The translations under genes were made by a program, and so were the position numbers. From the NCBI GenBank assembly GCA_046045965.1, contig JBJOKS010000016.1, positions 60,003 through 124,002 on the forward strand: 64,000 bases of DNA, given 5' to 3'. Source of the stretch: Cyanobacteriota bacterium (GTDB taxonomy: Bacteria; Cyanobacteriota; Cyanobacteriia; Cyanobacteriales; Nostocaceae). Below the pieces are notes generated by a model. The model did not search any database. It saw only the letters and a program-made list of their open reading frames with translations, and was not told the origin of the DNA. Positions 44,106 to 53,928 of the stretch are shown here, in pieces. The first letter of the stretch is position 1; every line of letters starts with the position of its first letter.

Positions 44106-44437
44106 AACTACTTTTTGATCATAATTTATCACCAAATTTAGTTAATTCTTTGGCTGATATTTATCCTAATTCTAATCATCTTTATTTGATGCAATTAGAT
44201 CAAGAATCAGATTATACAGTTTGGGAGATTGCCAAAAACCAAGACTATATTATTGTGACTAAAGATGCGGATTTTAATGAATTATCAATTTTGAGAGGTT
44301 TTCCGCCTAAAGTAATTTGGATTCGCTCAGGAAATTGTGCAACTAAAACTATAGAATTAATGCTGAGAAATAACCACGAAATTATTTTATCTTTTGCGGA
44401 AGATCAAAATACTGGTATTCTGGCTTTGTATAGGTAA
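44102..44437 (+). CDS. DUF5615 PIN-like toxin
   Basis: MKLLFDHNLSP...VTKDADF...FPPKVIWIR. Confidence 0.9.
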   Translation: MKLLFDHNLSPNLVNSLADIYPNSNHLYLMQLDQESDYTVWEIAKNQDYIIVTKDADFNELSILRGFPPKVIWIRSGNCATKTIELMLRNNHEIILSFAEDQNTGILALYR

Positions 44438-44482
44438 AACATAAGTTAAATTTTGCAGCCTTGAGCAAGTTTTAGCATTTAG

Positions 44483-44577
44483 TTGTAAAGGAATTTTTAC
44501 AAGAGTTACTGGTAAACGAATTTGTCAGAAATAGAGAGTTTATAGTTTATGATCCTGAATAGAAAGTTTACATTAGG
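44483..44577 (+). repeat. 95-bp imperfect direct repeat, copy 2
   Basis: Same blocks and same length as 43757-43851. Confidence 0.8.
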
Positions 44578-45075
44578 GAGGTTAATATTGCATGGCTGTT
44601 AAATTTGATAATGGTACTATTATTTTTCTGACAAGATATAAGGGGTATCTTCAAAGAGGTTTTACAGAACTTACGCACGGTGTATAAATACCCCGCTTTC
44701 GTCACTTTCCGGGAGGCAATCTCTGGAAACCTCATCACATAATCAATACAAGTTATCCTATTAGAAAAAAATCGGTGTTGGATTTGTGATTAGCAAAAAA
44801 TCGTGCGATGGCGAAACGTCTGCCGAAGGCATCGCTTAGTAGATAAAAGCTTTAGGATTCAGAAAGCGTCACCAGTTACTTGCTGTACTTAGTCGCGTCT
44901 CGTCAAAAAGGTATCCTTCAATATCTCATACCATAAATAACAAATAATCTAAATCCTCACCTTGACCATTGCACACACTGATTTTTAATCCAGATCAATT
45001 GTTGTAACGGTAACAATTTTCCTGATTTTAGCCGAGTGACGCTGAAACAGCAAATAAATAACTCAAGAGTTTTTT

Positions 45076-45939
45076 ATGAAAAAAAATACTATCTCTCGGT
45101 TATGTACTTATACCTTGATTGGGTTAATATCTTTAACATTGGTTTTATCGACAAATACTTCTGCGTTACTTCAGACAGTCAAAGCTTCCCTGGATAAGCC
45201 AACTTCCTTACCTAGTAGTAGCTTAATATGGCCGACTCACGGCATTATTTCTCAAGGTTTCCGTAAACATCAACACGAAGGTATTGATATTGCCAGTGCT
45301 ATTGGTACTCCTATTTTTGCAGCTGCATCTGGTACAGTGGTTAAAGCTGGTTGGGATAATTGGGGTTTAGGTAATTTTATAGAAATTCAACATTCCGATG
45401 GTACTGTGACCGTTTATGGACACAATAATCGTTTGTTGATCAGCAAAGGTCAACCGGTTACTCAAGGCCAAATTATTGCAGAAATGGGATCTACAGGTAA
45501 TAGTACAGCCCCGCATTTACATTTTGAATTTTATCAAAATAGTCAGTTAGCTGTTGATCCTCTAAAACTCCTATCCTCCTCAACCACTGCTAAATTACCA
45601 TTAGATAAACCAGTTTCACCTTCACAACCAATTCCCGTCAATATTAGACCGATAAAAAACGATACTGAATGTGGTGGAGTGACAGTTATCACAGGTGAAA
45701 CGGCAAAAGCTCGTGTTCAAGTCTGTGAAGAAAACGGTCAACTATTTTACATTGGTCAACCAAAGCAAGATCCCAGTCAACCTTTCAAGATACTTGCTTG
45801 GAATGTTGGTGAAAACAAATATCGAGCAGATCATGGTTCTTTTTCATACCTAGTTAGTCCAGACAAAGTGGAAGTGTGGCGGAATGGTAGTCAAATTCGT
45901 TCTGATAGTTTTGATACTTACCATCCCGCTGGCAATTAA
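45076..45939 (+). CDS. M23 family metallopeptidase, exported
   Basis: HEGID, YGHN, GSTGNSTAPHLHFE. Confidence 0.9.
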   Translation: MKKNTISRLCTYTLIGLISLTLVLSTNTSALLQTVKASLDKPTSLPSSSLIWPTHGIISQGFRKHQHEGIDIASAIGTPIFAAASGTVVKAGWDNWGLGNFIEIQHSDGTVTVYGHNNRLLISKGQPVTQGQIIAEMGSTGNSTAPHLHFEFYQNSQLAVDPLKLLSSSTTAKLPLDKPVSPSQPIPVNIRPIKNDTECGGVTVITGETAKARVQVCEENGQLFYIGQPKQDPSQPFKILAWNVGENKYRADHGSFSYLVSPDKVEVWRNGSQIRSDSFDTYHPAGN

Positions 45940-46149
45940 CTGGCACTTAAAAATACTGTTTAGTTCAGTAGGTCATGATTTCCTTAAAAATACGGTATTG
46001 TGACAGTTTAAAGGGCGGTATATGGTGTCAACAATTCCGCTAATTAAAGAGTATAAAATACATCTGGATTAAATCTAGAAAAAAGCAAAGTCACTGTCAA
46101 AGTTACTGTTGGCAATATCCCAATTATTTACATAAAGGAGCAGAAATTC

Positions 46150-46752
46150 ATGGAATATATGGCTTATTCCTATATGTACATGGCCAATGAAGAGACTCCC
46201 GTTAATGTGGAATTGAATCTACCTAAGTTGCAATTTAATTGGCAAAAATTACTCAGGTCTTCCGCTTGGTTAACTTTAGCTGGTGTAACCGTCTTACTTG
46301 CTTCTGTTTCCCAAATGCAGCAAGCTTCAGCAGATTATGTCAGAACCAATGGTAGTTGTCTATATATCCGTAAGGGTCCTAGTAGTAGTAACTCATCTGT
46401 AGCTTGTGTACCCAATGGTACAAAGATTGGGAATACAGGAAATGTCAGAAATGGTTTTGCTCAAATTACTTCGGGACGTTACCAAGGATATTATGTGGCA
46501 GAAAGATGGCTAAGTATGAATCCTGGGACTTCTCATGGTCGTCCTGGTCCTGGTGTTGGTGGTCGAGTCTTATTAAGACAGGGTGCTAGAGGTGAGCGCG
46601 TCCGAGTTGTCCAAAGAGCTTTAGGTATAAGAGCTGATGGTGTTTATGGACGAAATACTGCTCACCAAGTCCGCATTTTTCAAAGAAGAAAAGGTTTGCT
46701 TGTCGATGGTGTAGTTGGTCCTTCCACTCGCAGAGCTTTGGGTATAAGTTAG
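46150..46752 (+). CDS. Peptidoglycan-binding protein with SH3b-like domain
   Basis: LYIRKGPS SH3b-like segment; LRQGARG..V..VQRAL...DGVYG...FQ...DGVVGP PG-binding domain. Confidence 0.8.
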   Translation: MEYMAYSYMYMANEETPVNVELNLPKLQFNWQKLLRSSAWLTLAGVTVLLASVSQMQQASADYVRTNGSCLYIRKGPSSSNSSVACVPNGTKIGNTGNVRNGFAQITSGRYQGYYVAERWLSMNPGTSHGRPGPGVGGRVLLRQGARGERVRVVQRALGIRADGVYGRNTAHQVRIFQRRKGLLVDGVVGPSTRRALGIS

Positions 46753-46781
46753 TGGGAATAGGGAACAGGGAACAGTTATAG

Positions 46782-46816
<35 letters not shown>

Positions 46817-46928
46817 AAAACCCTATTATAGTGGGAGTTTCATTATCAATTGATGTCCTAACTACCCTGTCCACAGCTATAACAATAAACCGCGATCGCT
46901 GATAACTGATCCATCTCCCTAGTCCCTA

Positions 46929-48032
46929 TTAACCTAAGTAATTTTTCACAATTTCCAAGATCCGTTCTGCTGCATGACCATCACCAAAAGGGTTAATAGC
47001 ATTGGCCATTGCTGTGTATGCTTCGGGGTTACTGAGTAACTCACTTGCAGCAGTAACAATACTTTCGGTTTCGGTTCCCACTAATTTAGCTGTACCTGCG
47101 GTGACTGCTTCCGGTCTTTCTGTGGTGTCTCTGAGAACCAGCACGGGTTTACCAAGACTGGGAGCTTCTTCTTGTAACCCACCAGAGTCTGTTAATAATA
47201 GGTGCGATCGCCCTATTGCCCCTACTAATTCACCATAATCTAATGGTTCTGTCAAGAAAATTCGGGGATGACTACCCAATAACTGCTGTAATGGTTCTCT
47301 AACTGTTGGGTTCCTGTGTAATGGTAGTAATAACGCTGTATCAGGAAATTTATCTAAAATCTGTAAAAATGATTGAGCGATCGCTTGCAGTGGTTCTCCC
47401 CAATTCTCCCGACGATGAACCGTGGCCAAAATAGTCCTATATTCACCCCAGTTTAAACCTGGTATATCACAAACTGGGTTAGTTGCAGCCACATTCAACA
47501 ACGCATCAATTACCGTATTACCCGTCAGGTGAATTTCTCCCAACACACCAGAAGCTTGCAAGTTTTCCACCGCGAGGGAAGTAGGAGCAAAATGTAATTG
47601 AGTAATTTGGGAAATTAACCTTCTATTAGCTTCTTCTGGATAAGGGTTAAATAAATCATCAGTTCTTAACCCCGCTTCCACATGACCTACAGGAATTTTT
47701 TGATAAAAAGCCGCCAAAGCTGCTGCAAAAGCAGTTGTAGTGTCTCCCTGAACTATGACTAAATCTAGGTTTTGTTCCCTAAATAAAGCTTCTAAGCCTT
47801 GCAAACTCCGACAGGTAATATCATTGAGAGATTGTTTTGGCTGCATAATCTCTAAATTATGATCTGCTTTGAGTTTAAACAACTGCATTACCTGTGCAAC
47901 CATTTCCCGATGTTGTCCAGTCAGAATTACCTGTACTTCCACATCTGGAGAACTTTGGAAAACCTGAATTACTGGTGCTAGTTTAATGGCCTCTGGACGA
48001 GTACCTAAAATAATGCCAATTTTTTTAGTCAT
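46929..48032 (-). CDS. wecB: UDP-N-acetylglucosamine 2-epimerase
   Basis: GTRPEAIK, QGDTTT, HVEAGLR, DSGGLQEEA. Confidence 0.95.
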   Translation of the reverse strand: MTKKIGIILGTRPEAIKLAPVIQVFQSSPDVEVQVILTGQHREMVAQVMQLFKLKADHNLEIMQPKQSLNDITCRSLQGLEALFREQNLDLVIVQGDTTTAFAAALAAFYQKIPVGHVEAGLRTDDLFNPYPEEANRRLISQITQLHFAPTSLAVENLQASGVLGEIHLTGNTVIDALLNVAATNPVCDIPGLNWGEYRTILATVHRRENWGEPLQAIAQSFLQILDKFPDTALLLPLHRNPTVREPLQQLLGSHPRIFLTEPLDYGELVGAIGRSHLLLTDSGGLQEEAPSLGKPVLVLRDTTERPEAVTAGTAKLVGTETESIVTAASELLSNPEAYTAMANAINPFGDGHAAERILEIVKNYLG

Positions 48033-48214
48033 TAGTTATTTAGTCATTAGTCATTAGTCATTAGTCATTAGACATTAGACATTAGACAACTGACAACAAT
48101 TAAAAAACGTCTTTCTGTTCCCTGTTCCCTGTTCCCTGTTCCCTGTTCCCTTAAAAATGAAAAAACCCGGCTTAACCGGGCAGATGCACTGTTTGTCGAA
48201 TTCAGGAATGTTAA

Positions 48215-48601
48215 TTATTTGAGTTCGCAAGTTAAAGGACAAGCAGCATAAACAGTGGACTGCACTTTGTCTGCTTCACCATGTAGCCAGCTTAACCACT
48301 TAACTTCTTGAGGATGAACACCTTTAGTAGTGAGTACACCAGCCACGATCAATACTGTTAGAACGTTGAACATGATCAAACCACCTGCTACCAGCAGAAC
48401 TGCACTCACAGGCATTACAGATTGCAGGACTATCGACAACAGGCATCCGACCGTAGCCATAACCACAACTAATGGAAAACCGACAACCAACAGACATACT
48501 GCCAATGTGAAAGTCCAGATTAAAAAGCTTTTAATCATCAACAAGGAGTAGGTCTTCCCTTGATTAGAGCTTTGAGCCAAAACCATGACTTTTCCTCCCA
48601 A
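48215..48601 (-). CDS. Hypothetical membrane protein
   Basis: Long hydrophobic segments; C-terminal YAACPLTC. Confidence 0.7.
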   Translation of the reverse strand: MGGKVMVLAQSSNQGKTYSLLMIKSFLIWTFTLAVCLLVVGFPLVVVMATVGCLLSIVLQSVMPVSAVLLVAGGLIMFNVLTVLIVAGVLTTKGVHPQEVKWLSWLHGEADKVQSTVYAACPLTCELK

Positions 48602-49202
48602 TTACACAGCAAAGTTTAAAGTTGAATTTCAGTTGTAGCTCGTTGTTTACGAGTTAACTGTTTTGATTCAGTGAAATCCAGTATATAGAAACCTCTGGGA
48701 AAGATGAGCATTTCTTTACTAAACGTTACAATTAATTTTTTGTAATTATGAATGTGAAGTCCAATTCCCGTTTCTGTAGTCAATCTTGGATGAGCATATA
48801 TCTTGAGGAATATACCTTTCTGGATAGATTAACCAAAAGCTGATCCCCAAAATCTATGTCTCACTTTGCTTAACATTTCTTATAGAAAGTAGGGTCACTT
48901 CTCATAATTCTCTGACAAGGCTGGAAAAATTATCTGCTGCTGATTTTGTTGGTACTTTGAGTTGATATAGGGAGAAAGTTTCTCATTTAAGTCTGAAAAT
49001 TCCCGTATCTCAAATATAAAGTCTTCTTAAGAACAGTGCTTTTGGGAAATATTTGCGTAACGCTACTGAAGATTAACCTGTGTAAAACAAGGTTATATTG
49101 ATTAAAGAATTTGTATATAACTGATCAATCCTGGAATTAGCAGCAATTCCACAGGAAATTAATTGTCGATCTAATTTTTTGCCTACCCAAGTTGAAAATA
49201 AT

Positions 49203-50486
49203 ATGACAGAATCCCAATCTCGCAATCTACCACCAGCGCCACCGGCACCACCAGCACCACCGATGGCAACATCTGTTACACAACGCAACAGTACACAAAT
49301 GTTGCAGATCCCAGCAGAGAGGAGAGCTAATTCCCCTGTAAACGCACCACCACCCCCAGGAGCGGCGCAACGTCCAGTGGCACCACCACCAATGTCAAAT
49401 ACTCCAGCCACTCCTAAACAGCCTCCAGGACTAACCTTAGCGCAGTTGATTCAAGAAGCTTTTGAGCAGGGATTTTCTGACGTTCACGTGGGTATAGGTG
49501 AAATACCCCGCTTCCGTAACAAAGGAGAAATTCAAACAACGAATTATCCAGAAGTTGATAAAGCTACTTTTATCTCTTGGTTGCGGGAGATCATGACTGA
49601 TGCAGAAATCCAACGCTTTCAAGACAACCTAGAATTTGACGGTGCGACTCAGTACGAATTTGCCCGGATACGGATTAATGTTTTTGACTCCCTTCGGGGC
49701 TATGCAATGGTGCTGCGGTTAATTCCGCTAAAAATATTATCGATGGATCAATTGAGATTACCGCCAATTTTTCGGGATATTTGCCATTATCACAAAGGTT
49801 TGATTTTGGTGACTGGTCCGACTGGTTCTGGTAAATCTACGACAATGGCGGCAATGGTTGACTACATCAATAGAGAGATGCCCAAGCACATTATCACCAT
49901 TGAAGATCCTATTGAATTTGTCCACCAAAGTCGCAAGTCTTTGGTTAAGCAGCGGGAAGTAGGAATGCACACCCGCAAGTTTGACAACGCTTTGAAAGCA
50001 GCTTTGCGGGAAGACCCGGATTTAATTCTGGTGGGGGAAATGCGGGATAAGGAAACTGTGAATACTGCCTTGAAAGCTGCTCAAACTGGTCACTTGGTAA
50101 TGGGAACCCTGCACACTAATAGTGCGGTGAAAACTATCGAACGGATTCTCAATTTATACTCAGGTGAGGAACAGGATGCAATGCGGGTGGCGGTTTCTGA
50201 ATCTTTAGTGGCGATCATTGCTCAAGGTTTGTGTCGCACTACTGATGGCAAAAGAGCAGCTTTCCACGATATTCTGATTAACACTGAGGCTGTTAAAGAA
50301 TGGATTAAAGATGGTAAGTATGATGAAATTTCTGAATTGATGAAACAAGCCGGCTTTGACGGTATGATTACCATGAATCAGTCTCTATTCAATCTTTACC
50401 AAGAAGGTCGCATTACTGAAGAAACAGCCATAGAAATGTCACCAACTCCCAATGAAATGATGCAATTCCTCCGAGGTCGTGTTTAA
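49203..50486 (+). CDS. pilT: Type IV pilus retraction ATPase with Pro-rich N-terminus (PilT2-like)
   Basis: GPTGSGKSTT, TIEDPIE, ALREDPD, GEMRD, HTNSA. Confidence 0.92.
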   Translation: MTESQSRNLPPAPPAPPAPPMATSVTQRNSTQMLQIPAERRANSPVNAPPPPGAAQRPVAPPPMSNTPATPKQPPGLTLAQLIQEAFEQGFSDVHVGIGEIPRFRNKGEIQTTNYPEVDKATFISWLREIMTDAEIQRFQDNLEFDGATQYEFARIRINVFDSLRGYAMVLRLIPLKILSMDQLRLPPIFRDICHYHKGLILVTGPTGSGKSTTMAAMVDYINREMPKHIITIEDPIEFVHQSRKSLVKQREVGMHTRKFDNALKAALREDPDLILVGEMRDKETVNTALKAAQTGHLVMGTLHTNSAVKTIERILNLYSGEEQDAMRVAVSESLVAIIAQGLCRTTDGKRAAFHDILINTEAVKEWIKDGKYDEISELMKQAGFDGMITMNQSLFNLYQEGRITEETAIEMSPTPNEMMQFLRGRV

Positions 50487-50570
50487 TGAGTAATTGGTAA
50501 TGGGTAATTGGTAATGGGTAATTGTTATTACCAGTTTCCAGTTACCATGCCTTCCAGTCCTAAAAATTCT

Positions 50571-51341
50571 ATGACCAAGTTCACTACAGAAAAACCTTCT
50601 ACTCCCCAGTTATTTAAGGGAATTGCTCTTTTTACACCTGGAGGAGATTTAATTTACTGTATTGACCCTACTAAGCAGGGTCGATGGCATTTGCATTTGT
50701 GTGGGGCTTTACAGGAAATCTTAGATTTACCAGAATCCCCACATTTTTTAGTGCCTTGTTATACCGCAACCATTGATCATTGGTTGAATCCACGCACACA
50801 GCAAGTACAAACCTTTGCGGAAGCTTATCCGGCAGTTATCCGTCATCAGTCTGTACTCAAAGCAATTTTTGGCACGGGGGAGCTAGTCTGGCAAACAGCA
50901 CCTTGGCAGGAAGGATTATGCGATCGCATGGTGTTGGCTACTTATCGTTCTTCCTTTCCCCAACTCTGGGAAGATCATGATTTAATTGTGCGCTTGGACC
51001 GAGCAGATATGACATCACGATACCAGCAAAATCAACTGCATCTGCAACAGGAAAAAATTAATGCTCAAGGGTATGTCTTGCGTCTGTTTGTTGCTGGTCA
51101 TAGCATAAATACAGAACGCATTTTAGGAAATTTACACCAATTATTAGAGCGATCGCTCGGTTATCCTTACACCCTCAAGGTAATTGATGTTTTAACTCAT
51201 CCAGAACAAGCAGAAATTGATCAGGTTTCGGCAACTCCCACTTTAGTTAAGGTTTGGCCTCACCCAATTCGCCGCATAGTGGGGGATTTTGATAATGTTG
51301 ATAAACTATTACAAATGTTAGGAGCAAAAGATAATTCATAA
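50571..51341 (+). CDS. Protein with C-terminal KaiB-like domain
   Basis: YVLRLFVAG...LKVIDVL..PEQAE...ATPTLVK..P.P.RRIVGD. Confidence 0.8.
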   Translation: MTKFTTEKPSTPQLFKGIALFTPGGDLIYCIDPTKQGRWHLHLCGALQEILDLPESPHFLVPCYTATIDHWLNPRTQQVQTFAEAYPAVIRHQSVLKAIFGTGELVWQTAPWQEGLCDRMVLATYRSSFPQLWEDHDLIVRLDRADMTSRYQQNQLHLQQEKINAQGYVLRLFVAGHSINTERILGNLHQLLERSLGYPYTLKVIDVLTHPEQAEIDQVSATPTLVKVWPHPIRRIVGDFDNVDKLLQMLGAKDNS

Positions 51342-51461
51342 TTTATAATTCATAATTCATCATTCATAATTCATCATTCATATCAAGTCCGCATAATCTT
51401 GAAGGTTATAGCTATATAATAAATAATAAAAATCAGCGTTACTCTTACTACATTTATAGGT

Positions 51462-52214
51462 ATGTATTTTACTTGGTTAGACAGCAATAGTTGGTTGATG
51501 GAAATTGGTGGACAACGGATACTCTTAGATCCTTGGTTAGTTGATTCCTTAACCTTCAATAATTTGGATTGGTTATTTAAAGGTTCTCGAACTCAGGATC
51601 GGCCAATACCAGCAAACATAGATTTGATTTTATTATCCCAGGGTTTGGAAGATCATGCTCACCCACCAACGCTTAAACAGCTTGATAAGAATATTCAGGT
51701 TGTTGCTTCTCCTCATGCAGCTAAAGTAGTAACAGAATTAGGTTATCTCAATATAACCACTCTCAATCATAGTGAAACTTTCAGCTTGAATAATCAAGTA
51801 GAAATTAAAGCTCTCCCTGGTTCTCAGTTAGGACCTACTTTGTTAGAAAATGCTTATCTTCTCAAAGAATTAACCAGTGGTTTCACCCTTTATTACGAAC
51901 CGCATGGAAATCATTCTCCCCAACTCCAGCACTTTGCACCAGTAGATGTGGTAATTACACCAATTATTGATTTGAATTTACCTTTGGGACTACCAATAAT
52001 TAAAGGTATGAATAGTGCTTTAGAAGTTGCTAAATGGTTAAAACCGCAAATTATACTCCCTACAGCAGCTGGGGGAGATGTTAAATTTGAGGGTGTATTA
52101 AACAACTTCTTGCAAACTAAGGGAAGTGTTGAAGAATTTCAAGCTTTATTAAAGAAAAATAATTTAGCTACACAAGTAGTTGCACCTAAACCTGGTGAAC
52201 AGGTCGCTTTTTAG
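51462..52214 (+). CDS. MBL-fold (UlaG-like) hydrolase
   Basis: LDSNSWL, ILLDPWL, SQGLEDHAH, YYEPHG. Confidence 0.8.
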   Translation: MYFTWLDSNSWLMEIGGQRILLDPWLVDSLTFNNLDWLFKGSRTQDRPIPANIDLILLSQGLEDHAHPPTLKQLDKNIQVVASPHAAKVVTELGYLNITTLNHSETFSLNNQVEIKALPGSQLGPTLLENAYLLKELTSGFTLYYEPHGNHSPQLQHFAPVDVVITPIIDLNLPLGLPIIKGMNSALEVAKWLKPQIILPTAAGGDVKFEGVLNNFLQTKGSVEEFQALLKKNNLATQVVAPKPGEQVAF

Positions 52215-52235
52215 GACGTATACCTGAAAACGTGA

Positions 52236-52841
52236 TCAAAAATTTGTCGCAGTACCGGTAACTGGATCGAATTCAAATCGCTGTTCGTAGTTTGTTTCGC
52301 CATACAAATTGAAGCTAATAGTTGGTTCATTCCCGCGTGCTTCAACATGATGAATGGCATCTGGCATCAAGCTAATAATTTCTCCGGGAGTTAAAATAAT
52401 CTCCCCGACTTTTTCAATCCCACCATTATTATCAGTCCGTCTCCACAGTGTATTTTTTTCTTCTCCACTAATCAGTGCTACAACTCCCCATGTAGCATGA
52501 TTATGAATTGGTGATACTCTTCCTGGCAACCACGCCACTGTCTGCACTGTCAAGGGGAAATCTGGCTCATCATATAAGGTGAGTACAGACCAACCTGTTT
52601 CTGGATCTGGTTCGATATATTCACCTTGTAACCACGCAGAACTGGTCAATAATTGACGCACAAGCGGACAAATAGCTTGCAGTCGGAGGCGATCGCTCTG
52701 AAATTTATGGAGAATATCTTCAAGATCCGTTAAAAATCTATATAGTCGATATTGATTTGTCCGTAATTCTAGATTATTTGCTGATTCTTCCCAGGCTTCA
52801 CATTTACCGTCGTCTGTCACTAACCAATCTTGGTTGATCAT
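52236..52841 (-). CDS. Cupin, cysteine-dioxygenase-like
   Basis: SPIHNHATWG...G.E...IHHV...SFNLYG. Confidence 0.8.
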   Translation of the reverse strand: MINQDWLVTDDGKCEAWEESANNLELRTNQYRLYRFLTDLEDILHKFQSDRLRLQAICPLVRQLLTSSAWLQGEYIEPDPETGWSVLTLYDEPDFPLTVQTVAWLPGRVSPIHNHATWGVVALISGEEKNTLWRRTDNNGGIEKVGEIILTPGEIISLMPDAIHHVEARGNEPTISFNLYGETNYEQRFEFDPVTGTATNF

Positions 52842-53065
52842 AATCTTTGCAGAACTCAATCACTTTATAAAAAAATCGAGCGAGCTAAAACCATCGAGAT
52901 AAAGTATCGGAGCTTGGCGGAGATATTTTATCGTGCTTTAGAGGATGGATGTAAGCGAGCGGCTTGTCCCTTTAGGGGCAGTCATAATCCTGACTGATCT
53001 GTTTAGGGGCTGCCAGTTTCCCTAAATAGTGCTATTTTTGTAGCACGTCGAAATGGTAATTAACA

Positions 53066-53632
53066 ATGATTGTTTTCGAGTTTAAAGCCAAAGGCACGAA
53101 ACAGCAATATCAAAGAATTGATGAGGCTATACGGATAACTAGGTTCATTCGTAACAAGTGCCTACGGTTTTGGATGGACAATCAAAATGTTAAACCCTAC
53201 GACCTTAATAAGTATACTGCTGTATTAGCGTCGGAATTTGATTTTGCTGATAAATTAAATTCAATGGCTAGACAAGCAGCAGCAGAAAGAACAGCTTTTG
53301 CAATTAAAAGATTCTTTGATAATTGTGAGCCAGTCCGGTCTTGTTGTGACAACAAAGAGGAACTGGCGAACCCGAAGGGTAAGGCTAAAGTTCCGGGTAA
53401 AAAGGGATATCCTAAATTTCAGAAAAATAACCGTTCGGTTGAATATAAGTCAACTGGATGGAAACTTTCAGATGACCGTAAACACATTAAATTTATAGAT
53501 AAATGTGGTATAGGTCAACTAAAGTTAATTGGAACTTGGGATTTACACTTTTACCAAATCAAGCAAATAAAAAGAATCAGAATAGTTAAACGTTCTGAAT
53601 TTAAGTACCGTCGGGCGGACGGAAACTTTTAA
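53066..53632 (+). pseudogene. tnpB: Internally deleted TnpB (RuvC and zinc finger lost)
   Basis: N-terminal FIRNKCLRFW...KKGYPKF...SVEYKSTGWKL; at about 53600 it joins the extreme C-terminal tail, read in another frame (LSTVGRTETFNACGE...SLKQESP). Confidence 0.85.
53327..53380. repeat. 54-bp small dispersed repeat inserted in frame in tnpB
   Basis: GAGCCAGT...CTGGCGAACCCGAAGGGT adds EPVRSCCDNKEELANPKG between DNC and KAK. Confidence 0.75.
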
Positions 53633-53668
53633 CGCTTGTGGAGAGATGACCCTCTACCCAGATTTGGT

Positions 53669-53723
53669 GAACCAGCACTGAAGAAGGGTTTCCCTCCGTA
53701 GGTGACTGGTGAACCCGAAGGGT
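53669..53723. repeat. 55-bp small dispersed repeat of the same family, in the right-end region
   Basis: GAACCAGC...CTGGTGAACCCGAAGGGT. Confidence 0.75.
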
Positions 53724-53791
53724 AACAAGTTTGGGCAAGGTTGCTCACTGAAACAAGAATCCCCGTCCTTTTAAGGCGGGGACCGTCAATA

Positions 53792-53817
53792 AATCCAATT
53801 TTAATAGTTGAGTCGTC
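53792..53817 (+). promoter_or_regulatory. Candidate ECF promoter P1
   Basis: AATCC-N14-AGTCGTC; identical spacing at three sites. Confidence 0.7.
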
Positions 53818-53928
53818 TTATAAACAGATGCGCCACAATTGACCACTTTAGTTTGTCTATCAGGTCACTATTGTGTTAGCATACTGCAATTAAACAATTT
53901 CAGTTTAAAAACAAACAGGAAAAACTTT

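Larger units (their letters stand above)
52910..53789 (+). mobile_element. Defective IS200/IS605-family (tnpB-only) element; left boundary approximate
   Basis: tnpB remnant; right-end hairpin CCCCGTCCTTTTAAGGCGGGG ending in TCAA (53786-53789); degenerate left-end-like sequence near 52910-52985. Confidence 0.8.

Noticed and set aside
44678..45000. Possible ncRNA or gene remnant upstream of the M23 peptidase
   Set aside because: Only a short hairpin and broken frames; no family could be supported.
53066..53632. Active TnpB/Cas12-like nuclease or a domesticated TldR-type repressor
   Set aside because: The whole RuvC/zinc-finger half is deleted rather than point-inactivated, and the gene carries a repeat insertion.
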